DNA from: Macrostomum lignano
Taxonomy: Eukaryota
Direction of reading: 5' to 3'
Assembly: GCA_002269645.1 (NCBI GenBank)
Contig: NIVC01001837.1
Location: 124,001 to 188,000, forward strand
Length of the DNA stretch: 64,000 bases
Part shown: piece by piece, positions 51,171-64,000 of the stretch
Layout: each line of letters begins with the position of its first letter
Position numbering within the stretch: position 1 is the stretch's first letter
Position numbers and translations under genes: made by a program
Notes under the pieces: generated by a model
The model's database searches: none
Seen by the model: the letters and a program-made list of their open reading frames with translations, nothing else
What the model was told of the DNA's origin: nothing

Positions 51171-51779
51171 CAGGGGTGTCGCCATAGATTTAATGACAAA
51201 GCCAAGAATTCAACATGTACATGTACAAGACTAAATTTTGGTACTCATTTTAGCGCCGAAGGCACTCATTTTAGCATCGCAGGCACTCATTTCAGCATCG
51301 CAGGCACTCATTTTAGCACCGCAGGCACTCATTTTAGCACCGCAGGCACTCATTTTAGCATCGCAGGCACTCATTTTAGCATCGCAGGCACTCATTTCAG
51401 CATCGCAGGCACTCATTTCAGCATCGGAGGCACTCATTTTAGCACCGCAGGCACTCATTTTAGCACCGCAGGCACTCATTTTAGCATCGCAGGCACTCAT
51501 TTCAGCATCGCAGACACTCATTTCAGCACCGCAGGCACTCATTTTAGCGCCACAGGCACTCATTTTAGCGCCACAGGCACTCATTTTAGCGCCACAGGCA
51601 CTCATTTTAGCGCCGCAGACAGTCATTTGGGCGCCGAAGGCGCTATAATTTGGCGCCCTGTAGAAAAATTACTGATTACCACAAGGTGGGGTGGGGGACA
51701 AAGCATTGGCATGTCCCCCCAGAGCTTTTAATGGGGGGGGAGGCATGTCCCCCCTGTCCCCCCGGTGGCGACGCGCCTG
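51171..51779 (-). mobile_element. hAT-like MITE family B containing an expanded 21-bp minisatellite
   Basis: TIR CAGGGGTGTCGCCA / CAGGCGCGTCGCCA; 8-bp TSD cagtagtc at 51163-70 and 51780-87; array gcaggcactcattttagcatc at ~51240-51615. Confidence 0.88.
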
Positions 51780-51940
51780 CAGTAGTCCCTAGTCGAGCTT
51801 AGTCAGTAGTCCCTGGTCGAGCTCAGTCAGTATTCCCTTGGCCGACCTCAGTCAGTAGTCCCTGGTCAAGCTCAGTCAGTAGTCCCTGGTCGAACTTAGT
51901 CGAACGAGCTAATACCCTCGTCCCTAACCCATATCCGCAG

Positions 51941-52036
51941 TGGTTCCGCAACGGCAAATGCGACTTCCTTGTTGGCTGCTTCTTTCTAGCTGAACTGACT
52001 GTGCCCTTCATTCAGATCCGGCACATCATGTACAGG
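51941..52036 (+). CDS. TLCD3: TLCD3/FAM57-like exon 4
   Basis: ccgcag| and |gtgagc; WFRNGKCDFLVGCFFLAELTVPF resembles FAM57 WRQGKGDFFLGCMLMAEVSTPF. Confidence 0.88.
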
Positions 52037-52234
52037 GTGAGCAGCGCTGCTCCGGTTGTTTAATTTAAAATATTTTATTATCTGGCCTAGAAACCTTGGT
52101 AGTGCTAAGGTAGGAAACTTATATTTCGTATCTGTCATTGCTTCATGGATCTGTGCGCGTAACTGTTTAGGAAAAAAGAAGATTGTGGCTTGTCGAGATT
52201 TGCCCGCGAGGGTGTTCCTGGTTAAAGAGCGTCA

Positions 52235-52660
52235 GCTACAGAGGGAGGCGCCAGCTGCAGTGGGGGCGCCAGCTACAGAGGTGGCGCCAGCTACAGAGGG
52301 GGCGCCAGCTACAGAGGTGGCGCCAGCTACAGAGGTGGCGCCAGCTACAGAGGGGGCGCCAGCTACAGAGAGGGCGCCAGCTACAGAGGGGGCGCCAGCT
52401 ACAGAGGTGGCGCCAGCTACAGAGGGGGCGCCAGCTACAGAGAGGGCGCCAGATACAGAGGGGGCGCCAGCTACAGAGGGGGCGCCAGCTGCAGTGGAGG
52501 CATCAGCTACAGAGGGGGCGCCAGCTACAGAGAGGGCGCCAGCTACTGAGGGGGCGCCAGCTACTGAGGGGGCGCCAGCTACAGAGGAGGCGCCAGCTAC
52601 AGAGGGGGCGCCAGATACAGAGAGGGCGCCAGATACAAAGGGGCGCCAGCTACAGAGGGG
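52235..52660. repeat. 18-bp minisatellite (gcgccagctacagagggg) in TLCD3 intron 4
   Basis: Direct tandem units. Confidence 0.93.
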
Positions 52661-52775
52661 CTCTTGCGGGGGCTATTTAATTCAAGCATTATATATGTAA
52701 AGCTGAATTAGCATGCTGTATTGACTCTGTCTAAAGCAATGACCAATAGGATGAGTCACCTCTCCCCACCCGCAG

Positions 52776-53039
52776 CTCGGCATGACCAGCCTGCCGCAGT
52801 ACCTGTGGAACGGTGTTGTCATGGTGATAACCTTCTTCCTGTCGCGCATAGTGGTGCTGTTCTATATTTATTACGCGTACGCCCAGTACAGAGGCGTGCC
52901 GGTTGTCCGGGTGTTTGGCCTGCTGCCGCTGCGCTGCAATATCGGCATGCTGGCTCTGATCTCCATGCAGCTCTACTGGTTCGGCCTCATGCTCAAGAAG
53001 TTCGCCAAGTACGTCTACTCAAATGGCAAAGAAGAATGA
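52776..53039 (+). CDS. TLCD3: TLCD3/FAM57-like exon 5 (last)
   Basis: ccgcag| acceptor; NGVVMVITFFLSRIVV..YIYYAY..QLYWFGLM; TGA at 53037-39; joined CDS 819 nt, 272 aa. Confidence 0.85.
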   Translation, partial: LGMTSLPQYLWNGVVMVITFFLSRIVVLFYIYYAYAQYRGVPVVRVFGLLPLRCNIGMLALISMQLYWFGLMLKKFAKYVYSNGKEE

Positions 53040-53269
53040 TGACTAGGATTATAACTGTTGATCTGTTGTTGTTTCTCATTTCTGACTAATTGAGGTTGGT
53101 TTGTACTTTTGTGGACGATATTTTTATCGCTTAGTCTTGCTTCTACGGCGCTTGGAGATTTGCAGTTGGAATTTTCAAATTGATCCATTTATGTTTCAAT
53201 GTCCGTCACATTGGTTTCAGAGTTGATGGCACATTGATGTTAGACTTGATGCCACATTTATGTCAGAGT

Positions 53270-56200
53270 TTATAGCTCATTGATAAAAGCATTGACACAT
53301 TGATATAAGAATTGACACATTGATTAAAGCATTGACACATTGATAAAAGCATTGACGCATTGATAAAAGCATTGACACCCTGATATAAGAATTTGACACA
53401 TTGATATAAGAATTGACACACTGATATAAGAATTGACACATTGATATAAGAATTGACACACTGATATAAGAATTTACACATTGATATAAGAATTGACACA
53501 CTGATATAAGAATTTACACATTGATATAAGAATTTACACACTGATATAAGAATTTACACATTGATATAAGAATTTACACACTGATATAAGAATTGGCACA
53601 TTGATATAAGAATTGACATATTGATATAAGAATTTACACACTGATATAAGAATTTACACATTGATATAAGAATTGACACACTGATATAAGAATTTGACAC
53701 ATTGATATAAGAATTTACACACTGATATAAGAATTGACACATTGATATAAAAATTGACACACTGATATAAGAATTTGACACATTGATATAAGAATTTACA
53801 CACTGATATAAGAATTGGCACATTGATATAAGAATTGACACATTGATATAAGAATTTACACACTGATATAAGAATTTGACACATTGATATAAGAATTTAC
53901 ACACTGATATAAGAATTGACACATTGATATAAAAATTTACACACTGATATAAGAATTGACACATTGATATAAGAATTTACACACTGATATAAGAATTGGC
54001 ACATTGATATAAGAATTGACATATTGATATAAGAATTGACACATTGATATAAGAATTTACACACTGATATAAGAATTGACACATTGATATAAGAATTTAC
54101 ACACTGATATAAGAATTTACACATTGATATAAGAATTTGACACATTGATATAAGAATTTACACACTGATATAAGAATTGACACATTGATATAAGAATTTA
54201 CACACTGATATAAGAATTTACACATTGATATAAGAATTTACACATTGATATAAGAATTTACACACTGATATAAGAATTGACACATTGATATAAGAATTGA
54301 CACATTGATATAAGAATTTACACACTGATATAAGAATTTACACACTGATATAAGAATTGACACATTGATATAAGAATTGACACATTGATATAAGAATTGA
54401 CATATTGATATAAGAATTTACACACTGATATAAGAATTGACATATTGATATAAGAATTTACACACTGATATAAGAATTGACACATTGATATAAGAATTTA
54501 CACACTGATATAAGAATTGACACATTGATATAAGAATTTACACACTGATATAAGAATTGACACATTGATATAAGAATTGACACATTGATATAAGAATTTA
54601 CACACTGATATAAGAATTTACACACTGATATAAGAATTGACACATTGATATAAGAATTGACACATTGATATAAGAATTGACACATTGATATAAGAATTGA
54701 CACATTGATATAAGAATTGACACACTGATATAAGAATTGGCACATTGATATAAGAATTGACATATTGATATAAGAATTTACACACTGATATAAGAATTTA
54801 CACATTGATATAAGAATTGACACACTGATATAAGAATTTGACACATTGATATAAGAATTTACACACTGATATAAGAATTGACACATTGATATAAGAATTG
54901 ACACACTGATATAAGAATTTGACACATTGATATAAGAATTTACACACTGATATAAGAATTGACACATTGATATAAGAATTGACACACTGATATAAGAATT
55001 TGACACATTGATATAAGAATTTACACACTGATATAAGAATTGACACATTGATATAAGAATTTACACACTGATATAAGAATTGGCACATTGATATAAGAAT
55101 TGACATATTGATATAAGAATTTACACATTGATATAAGAATTTACACACTGATATAAGAATTGACACATTGATATAAGAATTGACACACTGATATAAGAAT
55201 TTGACACATTGATATAAGAATTTACACACTGATATAAGAATTGACACATTGATATAAGAATTGACACACTGATATAAGAATTTGACACATTGATATAAGA
55301 ATTTACACACTGATATAAGAATTGACACATTGATATAAGAATTTACACACTGATATAAGAATTGGCACATTGATATAAGAATTGACATATTGATATAAGA
55401 ATTGACACATTGATATAAGAATTGACACACTGATATAAGAATTTACACACTGATATAAGAATTGACACATTGATATAAGAATTTACACACTGATATAAGA
55501 ATTGACACATTGATATAAGAATTTACACACTGATATAAGAATTGACACATTGATATAAGAATTTACACACTGATATAAGAATTGGCACATTGATATAAGA
55601 ATTGACATATTGATATAAGAATTGACACATTGATATAAGAATTGACACACTGATATAAGAATTTACACACTGATATAAGAATTGGCACATTGATATAAGA
55701 ATTGACATATTGATATAAGAATTTACACATTGATATAAGAATTTACACACTGATATAAGAATTGACACATTGATATAAGAATTGACACACTGATATAAGA
55801 ATTTGACACATTGATATAAGAATTTACACACTGATATAAGAATTGACACATTGATATAAGAATTGACACACTGATATAAGAATTTGACACATTGATATAA
55901 GAATTGGCACATTGATATAAGAATTGACACATTGATATAAGAATTTACACACTGATATAAGAATTGGCACATTGATATAAGAATTGACATATTGATATAA
56001 GAATTGACACATTGATATAAGAATTGACACACTGATATAAGAATTTACACACTGATATAAGAATTTGACACATTGATATAAGAATTTACACACTGATATA
56101 AGAATTGACACATTGATATAAGAATTGACACACTGATATAAGAATTGACACATTGATATAAGAATTTACACACTGATATAAGAATTGGCACATTGATATA

Positions 56201-56478
56201 AGAATTGACATATTGATATAAGAATTGACACATTGATATAAGAATTGACACACTGATATAAGAATTTACACACTGATATAAGAATTGACACATTGATATA
56301 AGAATTGACACACTGATATAATAATTGACACATTGATATAAGAATTGACACATTGATATAAGAATTGACACATTGATATAAGAATTGACACATTGATATA
56401 AGAATTGACACACTGATATAAGAATTGACACATTGATATAAGAATTGACACATTGATATAAAAATTGACACATTGATA
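53270..56478. repeat. 20-bp AT-rich satellite (acacattgatataagaattg), ~3.2 kb
   Basis: Direct tandem units with recurrent variants. Confidence 0.97.
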
Positions 56479-56744
56479 TTCATATCTGCTCCGTCTCCTA
56501 AGGACCGTATTCGATCGCTGTATTTTTGCTACACATTGCCAGCAATTTCTTTGATTCTCTTTAAGCGGCTGATCCCCGTCTCTTGCAAGCTCGGGTCTCA
56601 AACAATATTTTACACTAAAAGTAAAAATTTTACAACAATTTTCCTCGAATTCCTCCTGCGCCGCAACAGTTTTAAATTATGAACTATACTTATCAAGCTT
56701 TTGTCGTCTGTTTATAATCTGTTTATTGTGCTATGTACCTTTAT

Positions 56745-57118
56745 ACAACAACAACAACAACAAAATACGCTGTCATGATGGTAAAAGTCAGCGTCACAGG
56801 GCGCGCTTCATGGCTTGGGCGCGAACAAAGGCCGCGCCACCGGCAGTGTCCGGGGCGCCGGCGTCAGCCAGCAGACAGTCGACATAACGCCGAGTTCGCG
56901 CTTGACCTCGCCGGTAGGGTGCCTGCAGCGTGAGCAGCAGCACCTCCTGCACCGGCTGTGGGCAGTACGACTCGGCGCGGATGAGATGGCCTGCGAGCTG
57001 GAGTCGCCGACGGCGCAGTAGATCACTTGGACGTGGCAGGCCAGCGCGGCGATAGAGTGCCGCGTTGGTGACTCGCTCGACGCCGATGTTGAAGGCGGCG
57101 CGCAGCAGACCAGCGTAC
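56745..57118 (-). mobile_element. 3' end of the same RTE-like LINE family with (TTG)n tail
   Basis: Reverse complement matches 36020-36340 (ERVTNAALYRRAGL..LRRRRLQLAGHLIRAESYCPQPVQEVLLLTLQAP); acaacaacaac run at 56746-56765. Confidence 0.88.
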
Positions 57119-57744
57119 CTTTATGGACTTATGCATATATAAATATTATGTGTTTACAATATAATATTACTTACAGATGTAGCAGCTTTTGTTCAGTACT
57201 TCAGTTTTCTATAATTGATTCATTCTAATACAATTTTGTATGCTATACACTTATTGTACTACTAAGAGTAGATCAAAAGTCAAGCTGTGCGATTTTGTAA
57301 TTATAATTATTTTTTCTATCTCGAATTGATTATGACTTTACGATTGCGGGTATCTTTTTGCGATTTTCTATCAGCAGAGCGAGTTTATTATTTTCTTATG
57401 CGATTTCCTATCAATATTTAATAACTGCTTGCCGTGTGCACTCGCTTCTATCTGATCTGGGCACCCTCCGATGTCTCACTCGCTTGCTTTGTCTGCTGCC
57501 AATTCTTAGTTTATCAATTGTTTACTTTACTTTCTGTACTGTTTTTTGAATCTGATTAGTAGTATAGGAAGTTTTAATGTCCTTTAATATATTGCTCGCT
57601 TACACATTTTATGAATAACTGGGCTACGAGAATATGCTGCGTGCCGAAAGAGGACTGATGGTCCTGCAGACTTGGCATTTTACTGGCTTGCTCAGTTTCT
57701 ATTGCCGATGGCTTCTCCCATCTTGTACAACAGGCACTTGACAG

Positions 57745-58322
57745 ACCAGCTGACAGGCCTCCAGCTGACAGGCCTCCAGCTGACAGGCCTCCAGCTGACA
57801 GGCTTTAGCTGACAGGCCTTTAACTGACAGGCCTCCAGCTGACAGGCCTTTAACTGACAGGCTTTAGCTGACAGGCCTTTAACTGACAGGCCTCCAGCTG
57901 ACAGGCCTTTAACTGACAGGCCTTCAGCTGACAGACCTTCAGCTGACAGGCCTCCAGCTGACAGACCTTCAGCTGACAGGCCTCCAGCTGACAGACCTCC
58001 AACTGACAGGCCTCCAGCTGACAGGCCTTTAACTGACAGGCCTCCAGCTGACAGACCTCCAACTGACAGGCCTCCAACTGACAGGCCTCCAGCTGACAGG
58101 CCTCCAGCTGACAGACCTTCAGCTGACAGACCTCCAGCTGACAGGCCTCCAGCTGACAGACCTCCAACTGACAGGCCTCCAGTTGACAGGCCTCCAGCTG
58201 ACAGACCTCCAGCTGACAGGCCTCCAGCTGACAGACCTCCAGCTGACAGGCCTCCAGCTGACAGGCCTCCAGCTGACAGACCTTCAGCTGACAGGCCTCC
58301 AGCTGACAGACCTTCAGCTGGC
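57745..58322. repeat. 15-bp minisatellite (gctgacaggcctcca)
   Basis: Direct tandem units. Confidence 0.95.
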
Positions 58323-58934
58323 AATTCCAACCAGTGAAAATTCAATAATGAACTTTTGACTATAAATAACTCAGAATAAAGCGTGCATGTATGAAGCACT
58401 TGAGTCAATGTGACTCAGCTAACATACTTATCGGGAACTTCATCTCGCACATGATGCACTGACTTGCAACTGAAAGCTTTCTACAGGCAATTTTTACATT
58501 CACGACATCTGATTTGTTAAAACCGCGAGGCCGCAGATCTCGATCTTGTCTATCTATCTTCAGTTGTAAATCATGTGGCCTACGCGATGAGATTTCAGGC
58601 TGCTGTTGACAGCTCGACTTCAAGTTCACTGACAAAGCTAGGAAATCCAATTTCCTCTTTGGCTGGAGACGAATATAAAGCCCGAGATTACTTCTCATTT
58701 TTCAGCTGCTTGTCCAGTGCAACTGACTTCCTTTCCCACCGTTGCTACGTGTACTACGTCTGGCAAAACTGTCTTTTGTAAAGCAGATGCTGTCTTTGCC
58801 CCCATGAGTCAATGTACACTCAAAAAAATTAGGCCAAGTAAGTGCCTTATCTGAGGTCCAATAATGCCAAATCTGGGGTCTATATAAGCCACTACTGTGG
58901 CACTTAGTGTCATTTAGTGTAACCTAGTATGTAG

Positions 58935-59515
58935 CCTTTGTAATCTAAATTAGTCTTTTTAGCCTAATATGCCATCTTTATAGCCTAATATGCAGTCTTT
59001 GTAGCCTAATATGCAGTCTTTGTAGTATTCAAGATGCAGTCTTTGTAGCCTAATATGCACTCTGTAGTAAAAATGCAGTCTTTATAGCCTAATATGCAGT
59101 CTTTGTAGCCTAATATGCAGTCTTTGTAGTATTCAAGATGCAGTCTTTGTAGCCTAATATGCACTCTGTAGTAAAAATGCAGTCTTTATAGCCTAATATG
59201 CAGTCTTTGTAGCCTAATATGCAGTCTTTGTAGTATTCAAGATGCAGTCTTTGTAGCCTAATATGCACTCTGTAGTAAAAATGCAGTCTTTATAGCCTAA
59301 TATGCAGTCTTTGTAGCCTAATATGCAGTCTTTGTAGTATTCAAGATGCAGTCTTTGTAGCCTAATATGCACTCTGTAGTAAAAATGCAGTCTTTATAGC
59401 CTAATATGCAGTCTTTGTAGCCTAATATGCAGTCTTTGTAGTATTCAATATGCAGTCTTTGTAGCCTTAAATGAAGTATTTATAGCCTAAAATGCAGTCG
59501 TTGTAGCCTAAAATA
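58935..59515. repeat. ~21-bp minisatellite organised as a 104-bp higher-order repeat
   Basis: The variant gtagtattcaa recurs at 59022, 59126, 59230, 59334 and 59438. Confidence 0.92.
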
Positions 59516-59879
59516 TAGTATGGATTCCTCAATATAGTCCATTAATGTACATGCAGCCTAAAATATACTTAAGAAAGAAGCATATTTGCACTTTCAAAGA
59601 AATTAAGGATGCTCTCTTGCATACTAGCATACCTGTATGTACGTCACGAGTTTAGACAAGTTAGCCATATCCGTTAAGCACCAACTGTCGCACTATGCTG
59701 GTTGGTGACAGAACTCAACCAATTGTCAAACACGCTTTGCCCACGCATTTGCCGGCGCACGAACTAGTGACTTCTCGAAAGCTTACCTAAAAATGGTCAA
59801 ATCGAAATTAATGACGGCTTTGTTAGGCTACTGGGCAATCACTGTCCGCGTAGGGCAGCGACTGCATGAGGATCTGGCT

Positions 59880-59893
59880 GTTGCCTTGGCAAC
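59880..59893. promoter_or_regulatory. RFX X-box-like palindrome GTTGCCTTGGCAAC
   Basis: Matches consensus GTNRCC(N0-3)RGYAAC with both half-sites optimal, in unique CpG-containing sequence. Confidence 0.45.
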
Positions 59894-60177
59894 GAAGAAA
59901 ACACTGGCTCTATGGGAAACCGGTACTGCAGTTTTGCTACAAGGGCTGACCGACGCTAATTCTTTGAAGCCCCATTAGCGGGAGAGGCGGGCGGTCGAGT
60001 AGAGTTTTCCTTCATTAGCTCTATAGAGAGACAAAAAGGTGCTTTTCGGATGCTTCTGGCCGTTCCTCTGTGCCCGCGCAGATCAAGCGGAATTCGTTCG
60101 GACTGCGCGAATTTCTGTTGAAGCCCGATTTCGTGATGGACTTTGAGCCCGGGGGGTTCGCGAGCGGATTGCTGAGG

Positions 60178-61915
60178 GGAGACAGCGGATGTAGACGAAG
60201 GAAGATATCGGATGTAGACTAAAGGAAGACAGCGGATTTAGACTAAGGGAGACAGCGGATGTAGAGGGAGACAGCGGATGTAGACTAAGGGAGACAGCGG
60301 ATGTAGAGGGAGACAGCGGATGTAGACTAAGGGAGACAGCGGATGTAGAGGGAGACAGCGGATGTAGACTAAGGGAGACAGCGGATGTAGACTAAGGGAG
60401 ACAGCGGATGTAGACTAAGGGAGACAGTGGATGTAGACTAAGGGAGACAGCGGATGTAGACTAAGGGAGACAGCGGATGTAGACTAAGGGAGACAGCGGG
60501 TGTAGACTAAGGGAGACAGCGGATGTAGACTAAGGGAGACAGCGGATGTATAGGGAGACAGCGGATGTAGACTAAGGGAGACAGCGGATGTATAGGGAGA
60601 CAGCGGATGTAGACTAAGGGAGACAGCGGATGTAGACTAAGGGAGACAGCGGGTGTAGACTAAGGGAGACAGCGGGTGTAGACTAAGGGAGACAGCGGAT
60701 GTAGACTAAGGGAGACAGCGGATGTATAGGGAGACAGCGGATGTAGACTAAGGGAGACAGCGGATGTATAAGGAGACAGCGGATGTAGACTAAGGGAGAC
60801 AGCGGATGTATAGGGAGACAGCGGATGTATAGGGAGACAGCGGATTTATAGGGAGACAGCGGATGTATAGGGAGAGAGCGGATGTATAGGGAGACAGCGG
60901 ATGTAGACTAAGGGAGACAGCAGATGTATAGGGAGACAGGGGATGTAGAGGGAGACAGCGGATGTTGACTAAGGGAGACAGCGGATGTAGACTAAGGGAG
61001 GCAGCGGATGTAGACTAAGGGAGACAGCGGTTGTAGACTAAGGGAGACAGCGGGTGTATAGGGAGACAGCGGATTTATAGGGAGACAGCGGATGTATAGG
61101 GAGACAGCGGATGTATAGGGAGACAGCGGATGTAGACTAAGGGAGACAGCAGATGTATAGGGAGACAGGGGATGTAGAGGGAGACAGCGGATGTTGACTA
61201 AGGGAGACAGCGGATGTAGACTAAGGGAGGCAGCGGATGTAGACTAAGGGAGACAGCGGTTGTAGACTAAGGGAGACAGCGGGTGTATAGGGAGACAGCG
61301 GATGTAGACTAAGGGAGACAGCGGATGTATAGGGAGACAGCGGATGTAGACTAAGGGAGACAGCGGATGTATAAGGAGACAGCGGATGTAGACTAAGGGA
61401 GACAGCGGATGTATAGGGAGACAGCGGATGTATAGGGAGACAGCGGATTTATAGGGAGACAGCGGATGTATAGGGAGACAGCGGATGTATAGGGAGACAG
61501 CGGATGTAGACTAAGGGAGACAGCAGATGTATAGGGAGACAGGGGATGTAAAGGGAGACAGCGGATGTTGACTAAGGGAGACAGCGGATGTAGACTAAGG
61601 GAGGCAGCGGATGTAGACTAAGGGAGACAGCGGATGTATAGGGAGACAGCCGATGTAGACTAAGGGAGACAGCGGTTGTAGACTAAGGGAGACAGCGGGT
61701 GTATAGGGAGACAGCGGATGTATAGGGAGACAGCGGATGTAGACTAAGGGAGACAGCGGGTGTATAGGGAGACAGCGGATGTAGACTAAGGGAGACAGCG
61801 GGTGTATAGGGAGACAGCGGATGTAGACTAAGGGAGACAGCGGATGTAGAGAGGAAGACAGCGGATGTAGAGAGGGAGACAGCGGATGTAGAGAGGGAGA
61901 CAGCGGATATGGAGG
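60178..61915. repeat. 23/18-bp minisatellite (gggagacagcggatgtagactaa)
   Basis: Direct tandem units with larger internal duplications. Confidence 0.96.
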
Positions 61916-62864
61916 GACTCGGTTGAACTCATTTAATCCCAAAATGCAGTCGTGCCCGAATTTGAGGCTCATTCCATAGCCCTAAAGAAGCAAAACACCT
62001 GGCCTGCTCAGAACAGAGCGCACACACTGCGTGTAGCAACCGTAGGAAGTGTGAGGACTTCGCCTCATCAGTTCGGAGTCCCGGGGCCAGCGCCTGTGGC
62101 ATACCTTTAACAAGCGAACGGGGGGCAGGCATGGATAATGAGGTGCAGCCAGCCGCTCTCCGAGCTCAATCCCATTAGGCCAGCCGTTTTGCCGCTTCCG
62201 CCACTGCCCAGCAACCGGGATGCGGGTGGAGAAGGAGCAAGCAGAGAGGGGGGATGAAGAGAGACAGACAGGGAGAGGAAGACACTGACGGCCCTCGGCT
62301 GATGCGGTGCCCGCGCGCTCTCCTCCAACCCCTTTCTTTCCTCGAAACTCGAGGGAGGATGGAAAGGTGAGAGAGAGAAGGGATGCTGGGAAATCCCGCA
62401 CTCGAGGTGATGAGGCTAGTGCGGAGGCTGAGGCTGATAAAGACGGGCGCAGGCCTAAATTAGGATTTCTCTCGAGTCCCACCTGTGCTTCTCCACTGCG
62501 CATTATTTTTTGTTGAGCAGGAATTCTGCGGCTCGATTTTCCCCAGCTCATCCTCTGAGCCTTGGCAGCTGGGGAGCCTCTTTCTTAATCACAGCAGCCC
62601 CGGTCTCCATGACAGCCGCTTAGGGAATTCGAAGAGGCAGATAGATAGAACAGACTCGAGCATTTGCTGTGCGCAGCTGTTGCAGCTGAGCGCCAAGGAC
62701 TACTTATATTGCAGCAGCGTCCTCAGCTCAAAAAGGTTTTTTTGAGCAGTCGAACTGAATATTGCCCGGCTGACTGCGTATAAGAATCTTCTAGAATTTG
62801 CTCAAATTTTCGCTTTCACTTGTGTTTTTCTCGCACAGCTTGCAGCTTTCAGGCTGCCGGTCAC

Positions 62865-62996
62865 ATGGGCAGCTGCATCTCCTCTGTTGGACCGCAATCT
62901 CCCGTCAGAGCCACCGAGCCGCCGGAACCCGCCGCCACCGCCGCCGCCGCCGCTGTCACAGGCAGAGGCCAGTCTAACAAGGGATTTAAGCCGGAG
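62865..62996 (+). CDS. Probable first coding exon with N-myristoylation/palmitoylation motif (MGSCISS...)
   Basis: Strong acceptors upstream (62838-62852), ATG GGC AGC TGC ATC TCC, 44 open codons, GAG|gttcgc donor; any further exons lie beyond the repeat or the window. Confidence 0.45.
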
Positions 62997-63034
62997 GTTC
63001 GCCGTTCTCTACTTTTGTACATGAATAAGTCCCG

Positions 63035-63953
<919 letters not shown>

Positions 63954-64000
63954 GTGCATATTAGCAGTGCTCAGTCAACTCCAATTACCGCATCCCCTCA

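Noticed and set aside
52056-52700. 214-aa PATEGA-repeat mucin-like ORF
   Set aside because: An 18-bp array inside TLCD3 intron 4; the flanking exons join in phase without it.
53263-56601. Many Cys-rich ORFs (CQFLYQCVNSY)
   Set aside because: Translations of the 20-bp satellite.

Overview
Eukaryotic (metazoan) genomic DNA. GC-rich exons, short GT-AG introns and a very high minisatellite load resemble a free-living flatworm such as Macrostomum; this is inference only. Protein identities come from remembered family motifs, not database searches. Six genes can be assembled by hand: a PLEKHD1-like PH/coiled-coil gene (+, 8 exons, 304-6120, with one GA donor and one frameshift), a PRDM13-like PR/SET zinc-finger gene (-, 7567-9480), intronless RPLP2 (+, 19586-19915), an FBXO4-like gene (-, 21187 to at least 22790, no F-box found), a single-exon SBK1-like kinase (-, 32475-33626) and a TLCD3/FAM57-like TLC-domain gene (+, 39929-53039). 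A probable first exon with an MGSCIS N-terminus lies at 62865. Mobile DNA comprises a dead DD34D mariner with a nested 8-bp-TSD MITE, further MITE families, RTE-like LINE fragments and a head-to-tail pair of ~3 kb Helitron-like elements carrying polypurine tracts. A large share of the window is tandem repeat, and most long ORFs in the supplied track are repeat artefacts. The most notable signals are (1) introns inflated by their own private minisatellite, with one array demonstrably grown inside a hAT MITE, (2) sharply bounded CpG-decay domains (possibly also CpA) shown by comparing copies of one MITE, and (3) the tandem Helitron-like pair. No CRISPR, rRNA or tRNA was seen.
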